Positions 29,717 through 39,775 of a stretch of DNA of 64,000 nucleotides are shown piece after piece. Every line of letters begins with the position of its first letter. The first letter of the stretch is position 1. A program made the position numbers and the translations under genes. The stretch is from assembly GCA_023205875.1 (NCBI GenBank), contig CP060764.1, forward strand, positions 620,001-684,000. The letters are read 5' to 3'. Under the pieces are notes generated by a model that saw only the letters and a program-made list of their open reading frames with translations, was not told where the DNA came from and ran no database searches. The DNA is from Chloropicon primus. Taxonomy: Eukaryota.

Positions 29717-32161
29717 ATGAGGCCGGGGAGGACGTGCTCGGCGACGGTGGTGACGAGGCAGCTGAGTAGCAGTTGCGGGATGATGAGGTGGACGCGGACG
29801 AGACCTGCTCTTCTCGGGAGGAGCAAGGCGGCCACCACCACCACCACTCGGGTGAGGGCCAGGACGACGACGAGGGGCGACGACGAGGTCGGGACGACGA
29901 CGACGACGACGACGACGACGTCGACGAGGAACTTGGGCTTGCCCTTCAGCACGGGCGCGGCGCTGGAAGGTGTCACCAAGACCGTGATAGAAGCCTCCAA
30001 GGGTACGGAGGACGTGAGAATAGACGGTCCGGAGGCCGCGGGGAAGACGCTGGTGTACATCGACGAGACGAGGGAGGGCGTGATCGACAGGGAGGACGGT
30101 TTGCCGGCGGTGTACGATCGGATGGCGATACAAAAGTACTGGGACGGGAGGCCCGGGGAGCTGAGGAAGCGCTGGGGGGAGTTCGTGAGGCTGAACGTGC
30201 CCTTTCTGACGCGGGTCGGCGGAATTCTGCTCAGTGGGAACACCCTGCAGAGCGAGTCGGGGGCCCTGTCGAAGCAGGCGAGAGAGATTATGGAGACCCT
30301 GGGGCCGACGTACATCAAGATGGGGCAGATGCTCAGCGTAAGGCCGGACATCCTCCCGGAGGAAGCGAGGGAGGAGCTAGCCGTCCTGCAGGACAGCGTG
30401 AAGCCCTTTTCCGCGTCGACGGCCAGCGAAGTCGTGGAGAGGAGCTTGGGGCTCCCGATCAGCGAGGTATTCTCGGAATTCTCCGAGAAGCCTGTGGCTG
30501 CCGCATCCCTGGCTCAAGTGCACCGCGCCACGCTCAAGTCGACCGGGCAAGTCGTCGCTGTGAAAGTGCAGAGGCCGAACATCATCGAGACCGTCTCCAA
30601 GGATCTGTACGTGCTGCGGCGCGCGGCAGAGGTGTACCAGTCGATCATGGACAGGTTTGCCCCTCAGCAGAGGACGAGTTACGTCGCTCTGCTCAACGAG
30701 TGGGCGGTTGGCTTTTACACGGAGCTTGATTTCATGAACGAGGCTGCGAACCAGATCAAGATGAGGAACATGCTCGAGGAAAGCAACGTGAAGGACGTTT
30801 ACATCCCGGAGGTGTTCACGGATTACTGCTCCAGGTACGTCCTTGTCACCGAGTGGGTCGACGGCAAGAAGCTGACGGAGTGCGACCCGGAGGAGGTCAG
30901 GGAGCTCGTTGCGATCGGACAGGAATGCTTCTTGACCCAGTTGCTCCAGCTTGGCTTCTTCCACTGTGATCCGCACCCTGGCAACCTGATGAAGCTCTCC
31001 GATCCGGCGAAGGGGAAGCTCGCGTTGATCGACTTCGGGTTGATGGCTTCCCTGAGTCAAGAGGAGATGGACACGTTAGTCAGCTCGATCGTCCACCTGT
31101 CGAACAAAGACTACCAGAAGCTCACCGAGGACTTTGTGGAGCTCGGCATCCTTCCCACGGACTGCGATAGGCAGAAAGTTTTACCCCTTATGGACAAGGC
31201 ATTGAGCCCCTTCATTAAGGGTGGTGGGGCCACGAAGTACAAGGATGAGATCATGAAGACGTACGAGGGGGCCGGGGGGCTTCAGTCGATGACTAGTGAC
31301 TTCGTTACCGTCATGAATGACATCCCGTTCTCGATACCGCCGTACTTTGCCCTTTTGGGTCGGGCTGTCGCGACTCTCGAAGGCATCGCATTGATTGGAA
31401 ACCCAAATTATAGGATCGTGATGGAATCGTACCCATTCGTCAGTAGGAAGCTGCTGAGCGACGACAGGCCCGCCTTCCAGCAAGCTTTGACGGAGATCCT
31501 GTACTCAAAGGACCAGACCCTGAAATCCCAACGCCTGGCTGTCCTCCTCAACTCTGCCCAGGGCATCGTGGCAGAGACGGACTCCTTCGTCGACCTTGAT
31601 GCCATTCCAGAGAATTCGATGAATACGGTGGAGTCCGTGCAGTTCTTCTTCGGTGAGGAGGCCTTCGGACTCAGGAACACGCTGCAGCCCGAGATCACAA
31701 ATGCGGCGGACTTTTTGCTGAGGCAAGCCATCCGCCGGGTGAGCACTCAGGTCGAAATCGCGGCGCCAAGGCTGCCGTTCTTGCCTCCCCCAGAGAGCGT
31801 GCCCGTGCCTTTTGTCACCTTTGGCGCCAACGGCATGCCGCAGCCTGCGCTTCTGCCCTTGAGCAAAGCCACGGCTATCCTTGCCCCTCCCCTGACGCAG
31901 GACGAGGAGATATACGCGTTGTCGATGCTTGATCTGGCCAACGATCTGAGCGGCCTGGACGTCAAAGGCCTCTTCATGGACCCGTTCGAAACCGTGAGGG
32001 CTTTGGTTTCGGGGGGGAGGCTGGACGGCGCCTTGTTTGGCAACGACCTGCTGTCTTTGGAACTGCAAGGGGAGGATCGGGCGAGGGCAGAGGCCTTTGC
32101 GACCGAAATCTTGAATCAATTGAGCGAGCGCTATACCGCTAGGCTCACCGGGGTGGTGTAA
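29717..32161 (+). CDS. ABC1/UbiB atypical protein kinase (ABC1K), probably plastid
   Basis: Motifs LGPTYIKMGQMLS.RPD, PVAAASLAQVHRA, VAVKVQRP, HCDPHPGN, LIDFG and FSIPPYFAL. The exact start is uncertain. Confidence 0.93.
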   Translation: MRPGRTCSATVVTRQLSSSCGMMRWTRTRPALLGRSKAATTTTTRVRARTTTRGDDEVGTTTTTTTTTSTRNLGLPFSTGAALEGVTKTVIEASKGTEDVRIDGPEAAGKTLVYIDETREGVIDREDGLPAVYDRMAIQKYWDGRPGELRKRWGEFVRLNVPFLTRVGGILLSGNTLQSESGALSKQAREIMETLGPTYIKMGQMLSVRPDILPEEAREELAVLQDSVKPFSASTASEVVERSLGLPISEVFSEFSEKPVAAASLAQVHRATLKSTGQVVAVKVQRPNIIETVSKDLYVLRRAAEVYQSIMDRFAPQQRTSYVALLNEWAVGFYTELDFMNEAANQIKMRNMLEESNVKDVYIPEVFTDYCSRYVLVTEWVDGKKLTECDPEEVRELVAIGQECFLTQLLQLGFFHCDPHPGNLMKLSDPAKGKLALIDFGLMASLSQEEMDTLVSSIVHLSNKDYQKLTEDFVELGILPTDCDRQKVLPLMDKALSPFIKGGGATKYKDEIMKTYEGAGGLQSMTSDFVTVMNDIPFSIPPYFALLGRAVATLEGIALIGNPNYRIVMESYPFVSRKLLSDDRPAFQQALTEILYSKDQTLKSQRLAVLLNSAQGIVAETDSFVDLDAIPENSMNTVESVQFFFGEEAFGLRNTLQPEITNAADFLLRQAIRRVSTQVEIAAPRLPFLPPPESVPVPFVTFGANGMPQPALLPLSKATAILAPPLTQDEEIYALSMLDLANDLSGLDVKGLFMDPFETVRALVSGGRLDGALFGNDLLSLELQGEDRARAEAFATEILNQLSERYTARLTGVV

Positions 32162-32210
32162 CATATTGTTAAAATATAAGGATGTATTGTGGTTTTTTTT
32201 TGCACGGCGA

Positions 32211-33359
32211 TCACGCGTTGCGGTTGAAGTCCAAGCTCCTGGAGGGGTCCGTTGGGTAATTTTTCTGCACCCACGTCATGAGCCTCTTGAACCCATGGAT
32301 GAACTTCCTTGTTCCCTCGTCGTTCATGACGTGAGCCTCGCCGTTCATCGCGAAGGAGATCTTCTCCCTGGCCGATCTGTCGTGAATGCCAACACTCGTC
32401 ACCCCGATGGGCCAAGGCGCGTTGCCGATCGACAGCATGACGTAGATCTCGCTGGCGTGCAGGTAGTTCCTCTCCTTCATGGCCTTCACCATCCGACCCA
32501 AGGCGGCCTTGATGGCCTCGACCAAGGTCCCTTCCCCAATCCTCTCGTACAGCAGCTCAAAGCTGCGCTGCGTGGCTCGAAACTGGAGGAAGCCCTGCTT
32601 CCCTTCTCCCGTCCTCTTCACTTCCTCCGGCAGGTTGTTGACCTCCTCCTCCCACTCCGCCATCATCCGCTTGATGTAGGACACCACGGCTTCTCCAACC
32701 TCCATTGCGTTCTCCCTCTGCTCCGCCTTGACCTTCTCCGCCGCCGCCTTGAAAGCGGCCAGCGTTCGCTCGGCCTCGCTCTCGGGGCCCTTGTCAGAGT
32801 AAGCCACCACCTGGTTCCCCGTCCGTGTCCTCTCTTCGTCGTCCTTCTCCCTCCTCGCCGCTTCCTTCCTCAGCATGCGCTGCCTCGCCTCCTCCTCCTC
32901 GCGCTGAATCTCCAGCACCGTGTTGGCCTGCTGGCCCACCGCGTAGGTGTCCTCCACCACGAGCTCGCGCTCCACCCTCTTCAGTCTCTCGTACCTGTCG
33001 GAGTCCACCTCTCCGAACAGCATCGCGGGCTGCTTCAGCAGACGCAGCCTTCTCTTGACCTCCGCATTGCTCAGAGAGGACGACTTCCCGCCGCGGTCCT
33101 CGTCCCCCCGTGCCTTGGTTGGATCCGCCGCTCCCCCCGAACCTCCTCCCCCCTCCCCCTTGACCCCCTTCTCCCCCTTGACCCCCCTCTGCTCCCTCTC
33201 CCTCCTCTCCCTCTCTATCCTCTCCCTTTCCACCTCCCCGCGGCTCCTGTACTTCTTCGCCGGTTTCCCAGCCTCCACCGCCACCACCTCCCCACTCGTC
33301 GTCGCGCCCTTCCCCCTCTCCTTCCTCTTCCTCGCCAGCTCCGCTCGAAGGGCCTCCAT
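32211..33359 (-). CDS. PRP18: Pre-mRNA splicing factor Prp18
   Basis: PRP4-like SFM motif (EVKRRLRLLKQPAMLFGE) and the conserved loop SIGNAPWPIGVTSVGIHDRSAREKI. Confidence 0.93.
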   Translation of the reverse strand: MEALRAELARKRKERGKGATTSGEVVAVEAGKPAKKYRSRGEVERERIERERREREQRGVKGEKGVKGEGGGGSGGAADPTKARGDEDRGGKSSSLSNAEVKRRLRLLKQPAMLFGEVDSDRYERLKRVERELVVEDTYAVGQQANTVLEIQREEEEARQRMLRKEAARREKDDEERTRTGNQVVAYSDKGPESEAERTLAAFKAAAEKVKAEQRENAMEVGEAVVSYIKRMMAEWEEEVNNLPEEVKRTGEGKQGFLQFRATQRSFELLYERIGEGTLVEAIKAALGRMVKAMKERNYLHASEIYVMLSIGNAPWPIGVTSVGIHDRSAREKISFAMNGEAHVMNDEGTRKFIHGFKRLMTWVQKNYPTDPSRSLDFNRNA

Positions 33360-33780
33360 CCCTCACACCACCAGCTGATCTGGACCACTCCACTTCCTCC
33401 TTCCCTCTCCCTCTCCCTCACTCGGTGGCTTCCAGGTTGGTGCCTCCGCCAAGGTCGATGGACCCGCTCCTCGTTGACGCACTGATGGACGGGTGGATCG
33501 GACGCTCCCGCTCCTCCGTCGCGGTTGCTGTCGCGGACAACCGAGAGAGTCTGCTGGCCCTCGACCTCCCTCTCTCGTTTCCTGTCCTCCAATCCTCAAT
33601 ACAAAGTCGTTTCCTTGAAGCGAGGGCTCTTTCGAAAGAGCAAGACACGATGCTTCCGCGTGTCGTGTCGTCTTGTGTCGCCTTCTGTCGCCTCGTGCCC
33701 TCTACCCCCTTTCCTTGCACCCCTCCGCCCGCGACCGGCAGCGCGCGTTGCAGAAGCGACTCTGGCGCTTGGCGTCGACG

Positions 33781-34668
33781 ATGGCGACGGCGACGGCGAC
33801 GACGGTGAGAGCGAGGGCGACGAGGGGGTGGAGGGCCACGGCGTGGCGCGGGGGGAGGTTCGTTCGGACGGACGGAGGGAGAGTTGGGTCAAGAGGACCC
33901 TGCACAAGGGCGCAGAAGACGCACGACCACTCTCACTCTCACATCAAGCCGGAATCCTTTGGACAGAAGGACATCGCGGAGTATGCCAAGGGCCTCAAGT
34001 ATAACGACAAGGGGCTTCTGGTTGCGATAGCGCAGGACGTGGACACCGGGGACATTCTGATGCAGGCGTTCGCGAACGCGGAGGCCGTGGAGGCGACGCT
34101 GAGGACGGGGCTCGGGACGTTCTACAGCCGGTCGAGGGATAGCTTGTGGTGCAAGGGAGAGACGTCGGGCCACTTTCTCAAGGTGAAGCGGGTGTTCTGC
34201 GATTGTGACAGGGACTCGTTGATCTACTTGTGCAAGCCAATCGGGCCGGCGTGCCACACGGGAGAGCCGACCTGCTGGTTCGAAGGAACCGGAGAGGGGG
34301 CTGGAGGCGAGGACACCATCGAGGTGGTGAACGAGATGCCCAGGACCACGTTGCAGATGCTGGAGGAGACGATCAGGGCGCGTGAGGTCGACGACGAGGG
34401 CGGGGTTGGCAAGTCCTGGACGGCCAAGCTCCTGGGGGACACGGACCTCCTTTGCTCCAAGGTGAGGGAGGAGGCCGGGGAGCTGTGTGAGACGCTGGAG
34501 AAGGCGGAGGGGAAGGAGAGGGCGGCCTCCGAGATGGCCGACTTGCTCTACCACTCGATGGTCCTCATGAGGAAGCAGGACGTCGACATGGTGCAAGTCA
34601 TGGAAGTCCTTAGGGAGAGGTTTGGGGTCTCGGGAATCGACGAGAAGGCGGCGAGGTCGAAACTGTAA
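33781..34668 (+). CDS. HISN2: Bifunctional phosphoribosyl-AMP cyclohydrolase / phosphoribosyl-ATP pyrophosphatase (HisIE), with transit peptide
   Basis: Motifs YSRSR..LWCKGETSG, DCDRDS, GPACHTG..TCW, KVREEAGE and EMADLLYH. Confidence 0.95.
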   Translation: MATATATTVRARATRGWRATAWRGGRFVRTDGGRVGSRGPCTRAQKTHDHSHSHIKPESFGQKDIAEYAKGLKYNDKGLLVAIAQDVDTGDILMQAFANAEAVEATLRTGLGTFYSRSRDSLWCKGETSGHFLKVKRVFCDCDRDSLIYLCKPIGPACHTGEPTCWFEGTGEGAGGEDTIEVVNEMPRTTLQMLEETIRAREVDDEGGVGKSWTAKLLGDTDLLCSKVREEAGELCETLEKAEGKERAASEMADLLYHSMVLMRKQDVDMVQVMEVLRERFGVSGIDEKAARSKL

Positions 34669-34722
34669 AAACAAACTGCAACAAATGTTTTCCAAAATAC
34701 AACAAACCTGAACTCGATTCTA

Positions 34723-36054
34723 TCAGACACTCGTCCCGAAGTCCTTGGTCCACTCCTCGTAGTGACGCAGCTGGTCGACCGAGACGCTGGATTTGATGGT
34801 CTCCAGGGCCTTTCGAAAGTCGCTCGCGTTAATGGGGCGCAGGCTGCTGGTCTCGATCTTCGCGATCTTCGCTGGACTGAGCTCCCTTATCGACATCATC
34901 GCGGCCTCGTGGCAGAGCTCCTTGATGTCGCTGGCAGAGTACCCCTCCGTGGCATCGAGGAGCCACTTCCACTCTGACCGGCTGATCCTCAAGCTCTGCC
35001 CCCTGAGCAAGTTCGTCAACACATTCTCCCGCCCCGAGGCGCCCGGCAGAGGGATAAGGATTCTCTTCGCGAGCCGCCGCCTCACCGCGTCATCGAGCTC
35101 CTCCGGCCGGTTGGACGCCCCGATCACGAACACCTGGTTGTCGGACTTGTTCACCCCGTCGAACTGAATGAGGAACTCCGTCTTGAGCCTCCTGCTCGAT
35201 TCGTTCTCGTTGGAGCTCCTGGCGCTCAGAATCGAGTCGATCTCGTCGATGAATATGATGGCCGGCGCCCTCTCGTTCGCGACTTGGAAGAGCATCCTGA
35301 CCAGCTTCTCGGCCTCCCCGACCCACTTGGAGGTCAAGGTGGACGCCGAGACGGTCAGGAACGTGCAGGTCGACTCGGTCGCGGTCGCCTTGGCGAGCAT
35401 CGTTTTGCCGTTGCCCGGGGGGCCGTAAAGCAAGAGGCCCCGCGTCGGCGCCCGAAGGCCCTTGAAGAGGTCAGGCCTCGTCGCCGGCAGGATGACCATC
35501 TCCCTCAGCGACTGCTTGGCTTTCTCGAGGCCGGCAATGTCCTTCCAGCCCACCCCGGGAGAAGCGTCCAGAATCTCGCTCTCGATCATCTCCCTCAGCT
35601 CGTCCTTCTTCCCTCCCTTGGCCCGCGCCCTCGAGGTGCCCCGGTCTTGGGGCTGAGGGGGCGCCGACCTCCCCGCCGTCGAGGCACCGCCCTGCGCTCT
35701 CCTGGCCCCCCGCCCCTGAGTCTTCCCCCTCGCCCTCCCATCCAGGTGCTTGACCCGATCGATGCAACTCGTGTGCCACCTGAGGAGCTCCTCCGTCTGC
35801 TTCGCTCCCTTTTGCGCTTGCTTTGGCACTTGCAGGGTCAGGGCCTCGCTTATGAGCTCGACAGCCTTCTTGTAGTGCGACAGGGCGGAGGCGAGGGCCC
35901 TGTTCTCCTCGTACGTCACCGCACGGGATACGCAGTCCTTGGCCAGGGCGTGGTACTCGCTCAAGCGACGCAGCTGCACCTCCTCCGCCTCCCTCGAGCT
36001 CGCCGCCGAGGCCGCCGCCGAGGACTTGCTCCTTCCGAACAGACGCTCCAACAT
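34723..36054 (-). CDS. Spastin-like microtubule-severing AAA ATPase with MIT domain
   Basis: N-terminal MIT-like helices, GLLLYGPPGNGKT, TSKWVGEAEKLV, IFIDEIDS and SRRLKTEFLIQFDG. Confidence 0.9.
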   Translation of the reverse strand: MLERLFGRSKSSAAASAASSREAEEVQLRRLSEYHALAKDCVSRAVTYEENRALASALSHYKKAVELISEALTLQVPKQAQKGAKQTEELLRWHTSCIDRVKHLDGRARGKTQGRGARRAQGGASTAGRSAPPQPQDRGTSRARAKGGKKDELREMIESEILDASPGVGWKDIAGLEKAKQSLREMVILPATRPDLFKGLRAPTRGLLLYGPPGNGKTMLAKATATESTCTFLTVSASTLTSKWVGEAEKLVRMLFQVANERAPAIIFIDEIDSILSARSSNENESSRRLKTEFLIQFDGVNKSDNQVFVIGASNRPEELDDAVRRRLAKRILIPLPGASGRENVLTNLLRGQSLRISRSEWKWLLDATEGYSASDIKELCHEAAMMSIRELSPAKIAKIETSSLRPINASDFRKALETIKSSVSVDQLRHYEEWTKDFGTSV

Positions 36055-36405
36055 CGCCAAGGACACTCCCTTCACACCATCCCTATCCTATCCATCGAGG
36101 CATCCCCACCTGAACTGTGTCCTGAACTGAACCAGGTGAACTCTTTTGTCATCGCAACAAGTTCAGCAGCCATGAAAGCAAAACAAAGCAAAACAAAGCA
36201 AAACAAAGCAAAGCAAAGCCCTCGTGTTTGTGTTCCCCGTTGCTCCTCGCGAACACCTTCACGCTTCTACCTTCCTCGATCGATCGCGCTCTGTCCTCCA
36301 GAGGGTTCCGATCGATCGGCGAGACAAGCGGAGGGAAACGTGTGTTGTGTTGTGTTGTGTCGTGCGAGGGGAAGGGAGAGGGAGAGGGAGAGGGAGGGTT
36401 GTTGC

Positions 36406-36591
36406 ATGGGGCACGTGACGGCGTACTTTGTTGCCATAAGCTCCATGCTGGCAGGAGCAGCGCTCGTGCATAACTATTATAAACCGGACTTGGGGATCCC
36501 AACACATTCACCGCTCGCCAAGGAGAAGGCGAGGAGGGGAGAAGGCGAGGAGGGGAGCGGGACCTCCGGGGGGAGGGGGACCAAAGGATGA
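36406..36591 (+). CDS. BRAWNIN/UQCC6 (C12orf73, DUF4516)-like mitochondrial microprotein, 61 aa
   Basis: MGHVTAYFVAISSMLAGAALVHNYYKPDLGIP matches the family signature (S/A)M.AGA..VH.YY(K/R)PDL.IP. Confidence 0.8.
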   Translation: MGHVTAYFVAISSMLAGAALVHNYYKPDLGIPTHSPLAKEKARRGEGEEGSGTSGGRGTKG

Positions 36592-37976
36592 GGGGAGACT
36601 CCATGCAGGAGAGGCTTCTCGGGGACGAAGCCTCGTCCCCGGACTTCCGACGGGGAGGAAGGAAGGAGAAGGACCAGGGGGCGTGGTCCCTGCACCACGT
36701 TGCCTTGTACACATTGTACGCCTTTCTCCTCTTCTTCAAGCCAAGTGAGGCTTTCTTGGTGGACTTTCTCCTGTCGAGGAACATCGAGGGGGTGGACTCG
36801 GAGAAGGACCTGTCTCGGTCGGTGCTGGCGGTCTTCACCTACTCGCGGATGCCCGCGTTGCTGCTGTGTCTGCTCCTCTGCAGGGTGTGCGGCTGCAAGG
36901 CGGTGGTGGTCCTCGGGTCCCTGTGCGGCCTCGGGATGACCTTCCTCACGATAACTGCGGGGTCCCTCCCCGTGCTGCAGCTCAGCCAGCTCCTGGCCGC
37001 CTTTGCCTTTGCGGGCCACATCGCGTTTGACGCCCTGCAGTTCAGCGGGGTGACCGCGGAGGGCTTCCAGATCGTGTCCCACTTCACCAAGGGCTTCACG
37101 TTGGCGTCCTGCTGCGTGTCCTCTTTGCTGGGGCAGTTCCTGAGAAACTCTGTGGGGGGGTCGACGCTCTTCGCCATTACGATGGCCTTTGAGGGGCTGG
37201 CTTGCATCGTGGCGCTCCTTCTTCCAGGTGGCGGTGGTGGGGACCGAGGAGGGGAGGTCGCCCCGCAGAGGCCGGACTCGGCGCAGGGCCAGGGCGGCAG
37301 CCGATGGGGTTCGGCAAAGGGGAGCCCGTTCTTTGAGGTGTGGCAATCGATGTGGAAGGGACAAGTCTTCCTGTGGGTTCTGCTGTGGGTTTTCTGCTAC
37401 GCGGCGCACGACTTGGTGCTCACGAACTGGCAGATTCTGGCGGAGGTGAAGCTGGAGCAGTACAGCATGAGGAACCTGAACGGGTACATGTGGTCGGCCG
37501 GCTACATGGTGTCGGCCGTGCTGACCCTCGTTACGTCATCCTGCAAGGGCCTGTACGCGTACTGCCCCTTCATCATGGTTGGAGCCCCGCTGATCATGGG
37601 CCTGGCCCTCTTTGGGATGGGTCTGAGCACCATCGCGTCCTTTTATAGCTCGTTCGTGTTCTTCCAGGCCGCGTTCCAGCTCACTGCCGCGGTCCGGAAC
37701 GCCAGCATCGCGAGGGACGTGGGGGCAACGAGGGAGGGGGGCGTGGACAGGGTTTTCGTCCTCTCCGCCATTCTGTGGGCGGCCAGCGGGGCCGGGGTGG
37801 GCTTCGAGGCCATGATCCAGGGCCTCATTCAGTCCGTGGCCTCCCTGAGCTTTGCCGACGAGGTCGTGTGGGTGGCTCTGGGCGTCATCCTCTCGGTCGT
37901 GAGCTTCTTCTTCGCTTCCTTCTTCTTGGTCTGCCGCGTAAAGAGGGAGCGCAGAAAGAGGAGGCGTGGTATTTAA
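36588..37976 (+). CDS. Reduced folate/thiamine carrier (SLC19)-like MFS transporter
   Basis: About 12 hydrophobic segments. LYAFLLFFKPSEAFLVDFL and VFTYS resemble the SLC19 N-terminal signature. An alternative ATG lies at 36603. Confidence 0.8.
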   Translation: MRGDSMQERLLGDEASSPDFRRGGRKEKDQGAWSLHHVALYTLYAFLLFFKPSEAFLVDFLLSRNIEGVDSEKDLSRSVLAVFTYSRMPALLLCLLLCRVCGCKAVVVLGSLCGLGMTFLTITAGSLPVLQLSQLLAAFAFAGHIAFDALQFSGVTAEGFQIVSHFTKGFTLASCCVSSLLGQFLRNSVGGSTLFAITMAFEGLACIVALLLPGGGGGDRGGEVAPQRPDSAQGQGGSRWGSAKGSPFFEVWQSMWKGQVFLWVLLWVFCYAAHDLVLTNWQILAEVKLEQYSMRNLNGYMWSAGYMVSAVLTLVTSSCKGLYAYCPFIMVGAPLIMGLALFGMGLSTIASFYSSFVFFQAAFQLTAAVRNASIARDVGATREGGVDRVFVLSAILWAASGAGVGFEAMIQGLIQSVASLSFADEVVWVALGVILSVVSFFFASFFLVCRVKRERRKRRRGI

Positions 37977-38072
37977 TTTTTGCTGTTTGTAATTTGTAAG
38001 AATTATGTTTTCTTTTCTGAGCCTTTTTCTTATAACGCTTCTTGCCCCCGCCTTTTGGCGAACCTCTCTGCT

Positions 38073-38936
38073 CTACCTCATCGACACCCTCGGCGACCTG
38101 GGCTGCAGGAGGGCCTCGTGGGTGGAGGACCCCTCGCTCCTCGGGCTGCAGTCCACGTCCAGTATCGTCTCCGTGAGCTTCCTCTCCGCCCTCTTGGCCT
38201 TGCTGTCAAAGTACAGGGCCACGGCGATGACGCACAGCTCGGAGGTGTGGAAGACGAGGTAAGGAAGCCAGGACGAGAGCCTCTCCTCGGTGGCGTAGAT
38301 CTTGTACCCGACCATGGTGTACCCCCCCAGGGCATCGAAGCCCAGCGTCATGTAGGACACCGCCCCGGCGCCTTTGTGCTTGTAACTCGTGTAGATCTGC
38401 GGCAGGTACTGGCAGCACAGCAGGATGGTGTTGAGGAAGCCGACCACGTTTCCGTAGTCCCTGTACGCCTCGCAGTCCCCCCCGGGCGAGACGCTGAGGA
38501 AAGCGGGAACCGAGGCCGCCGCGATGACCCCGCCCTGCAGGTAGGCCCCAACGACCAGCCTCCGACGACGAGCCCGGTCCCTCGTGTAATTCAGCTTGAG
38601 GAAGTAGAAGGGCAGGCAGGCCAGGAACCCGCACACCGCCGAGTAGAGCACGAGGAAGGAGCCCTGGCACTCGATTAGTGTTCCGGGCGGGTCCGCGAAG
38701 CACAGCGGGACCTGGTTCGCGTGCAGGATCACGAGGTTCACCACGTTGAACGCGGAGGACACGTTCCCCATGCCGAGGCTCGCCTCCGAGAGCCCGTCCG
38801 CCGACCCGGACCTCAAGATTTTCCTGTACTGCGGAACCTGGTTCAGGACGACGAAAACGATGGAGCACAACCCGAACAGGTAGAGGGTCGGGCCCAGGTC
38901 CACCAAGGAGTTCAGGCAGCCGAGCGGGGAGCCCAT
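38073..38936 (-). CDS. PQ-loop repeat membrane transporter
   Basis: Two PQ motifs (NQVPQYRKILRSGSADGLS and QYLPQIYTSYKHKGAGAVS) in a multi-TM protein. Confidence 0.9.
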   Translation of the reverse strand: MGSPLGCLNSLVDLGPTLYLFGLCSIVFVVLNQVPQYRKILRSGSADGLSEASLGMGNVSSAFNVVNLVILHANQVPLCFADPPGTLIECQGSFLVLYSAVCGFLACLPFYFLKLNYTRDRARRRRLVVGAYLQGGVIAAASVPAFLSVSPGGDCEAYRDYGNVVGFLNTILLCCQYLPQIYTSYKHKGAGAVSYMTLGFDALGGYTMVGYKIYATEERLSSWLPYLVFHTSELCVIAVALYFDSKAKRAERKLTETILDVDCSPRSEGSSTHEALLQPRSPRVSMR

Positions 38937-39250
38937 GGTCGTGAGCGGGTGACGGTGACGCGCGGTTTCGCTTGTTCGTTAGCTTGTTCGTTCCTCGACT
39001 GGTGCGAAAGAGGGAGGCGTGACGACTTCTTCCTCTCTTTCGTGTCCTCCAACCTCCTCACAAGAGCGTCGTCGTCGGTCGTTTCTTTCGAGCGAGCGAG
39101 AAGTCAAGGACGAAGAGACGAAGACCTGATGTTTGCGCCTCTCTCTGTCCCTCCCTCCCGCCCTGTCCCAACGCTCGTCCTCGTCGCGGCCTTCGAGTCC
39201 CCTCTGTTCGGGCCTTCGGCCGTTACGACTGGGAGAGCAAGAAGAAGAAG

Positions 39251-39757
39251 ATGAGCGGATTTTCGCCGACAGGGGCGAGGGCTTCGTTTGTCGAGGACTT
39301 TGTGCGAGGACGGGGACGGCGAAGGGAAGGAGGTGTTGAAAGAACGGAAGGGCGTCTCAAGGGTTCGACAAATCGCATGACTGCTCGCAATCGAAAGAGA
39401 ACGCTTCGGGATGCGGGAGGGAGGAGCTTATGCGTCAAAGAGATCCTTGGTCGGATCGGGGCCAAGAAGCTGTACGTGTTCACGTGGAGAGATGGTTCTG
39501 TCTGTACTGATCCGAAGAGAATGAGGGTAACTGTCACGTCTGCTTGTTCACACAGCCCCCGCTTTGTTCGCACTGAACGCGGAATATATGCAATTGCCAA
39601 GGAATACTTGAATCAATCATCCGCCGACAACCTCAATGAGCAGAATTCCAACTCCACCACCAACAACAACAACATGAAGACGACTCCTTCTCCTTCTCCC
39701 TATGCTTTGGATTTGAGAGAGGCTCTCGAGTCAATCCATAGTCAAAGTGCGATTTAA
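39251..39757 (+). CDS. Small protein with a probable HARE-HTH (winged helix) domain; possible in-frame intron at 39302-39397
   Basis: LRDAGGRSLCVKEILGRI...DPKRMRVTVTSACSHSPRFVRTERGIYAI fits the HARE-HTH pattern L..kEI...FvR..rG.y.l. Confidence 0.55.
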   Translation: MSGFSPTGARASFVEDFVRGRGRRREGGVERTEGRLKGSTNRMTARNRKRTLRDAGGRSLCVKEILGRIGAKKLYVFTWRDGSVCTDPKRMRVTVTSACSHSPRFVRTERGIYAIAKEYLNQSSADNLNEQNSNSTTNNNNMKTTPSPSPYALDLREALESIHSQSAI

Positions 39758-39775
39758 AATTAAGTTCTTGGCGAT

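Noticed and set aside
35284..36405. 5' part of the 435-aa plus-strand ORF
   Set aside because: It is the antisense shadow of spastin plus promoter repeats. Only the last 61 codons (from ATG 36406) look like a real gene.
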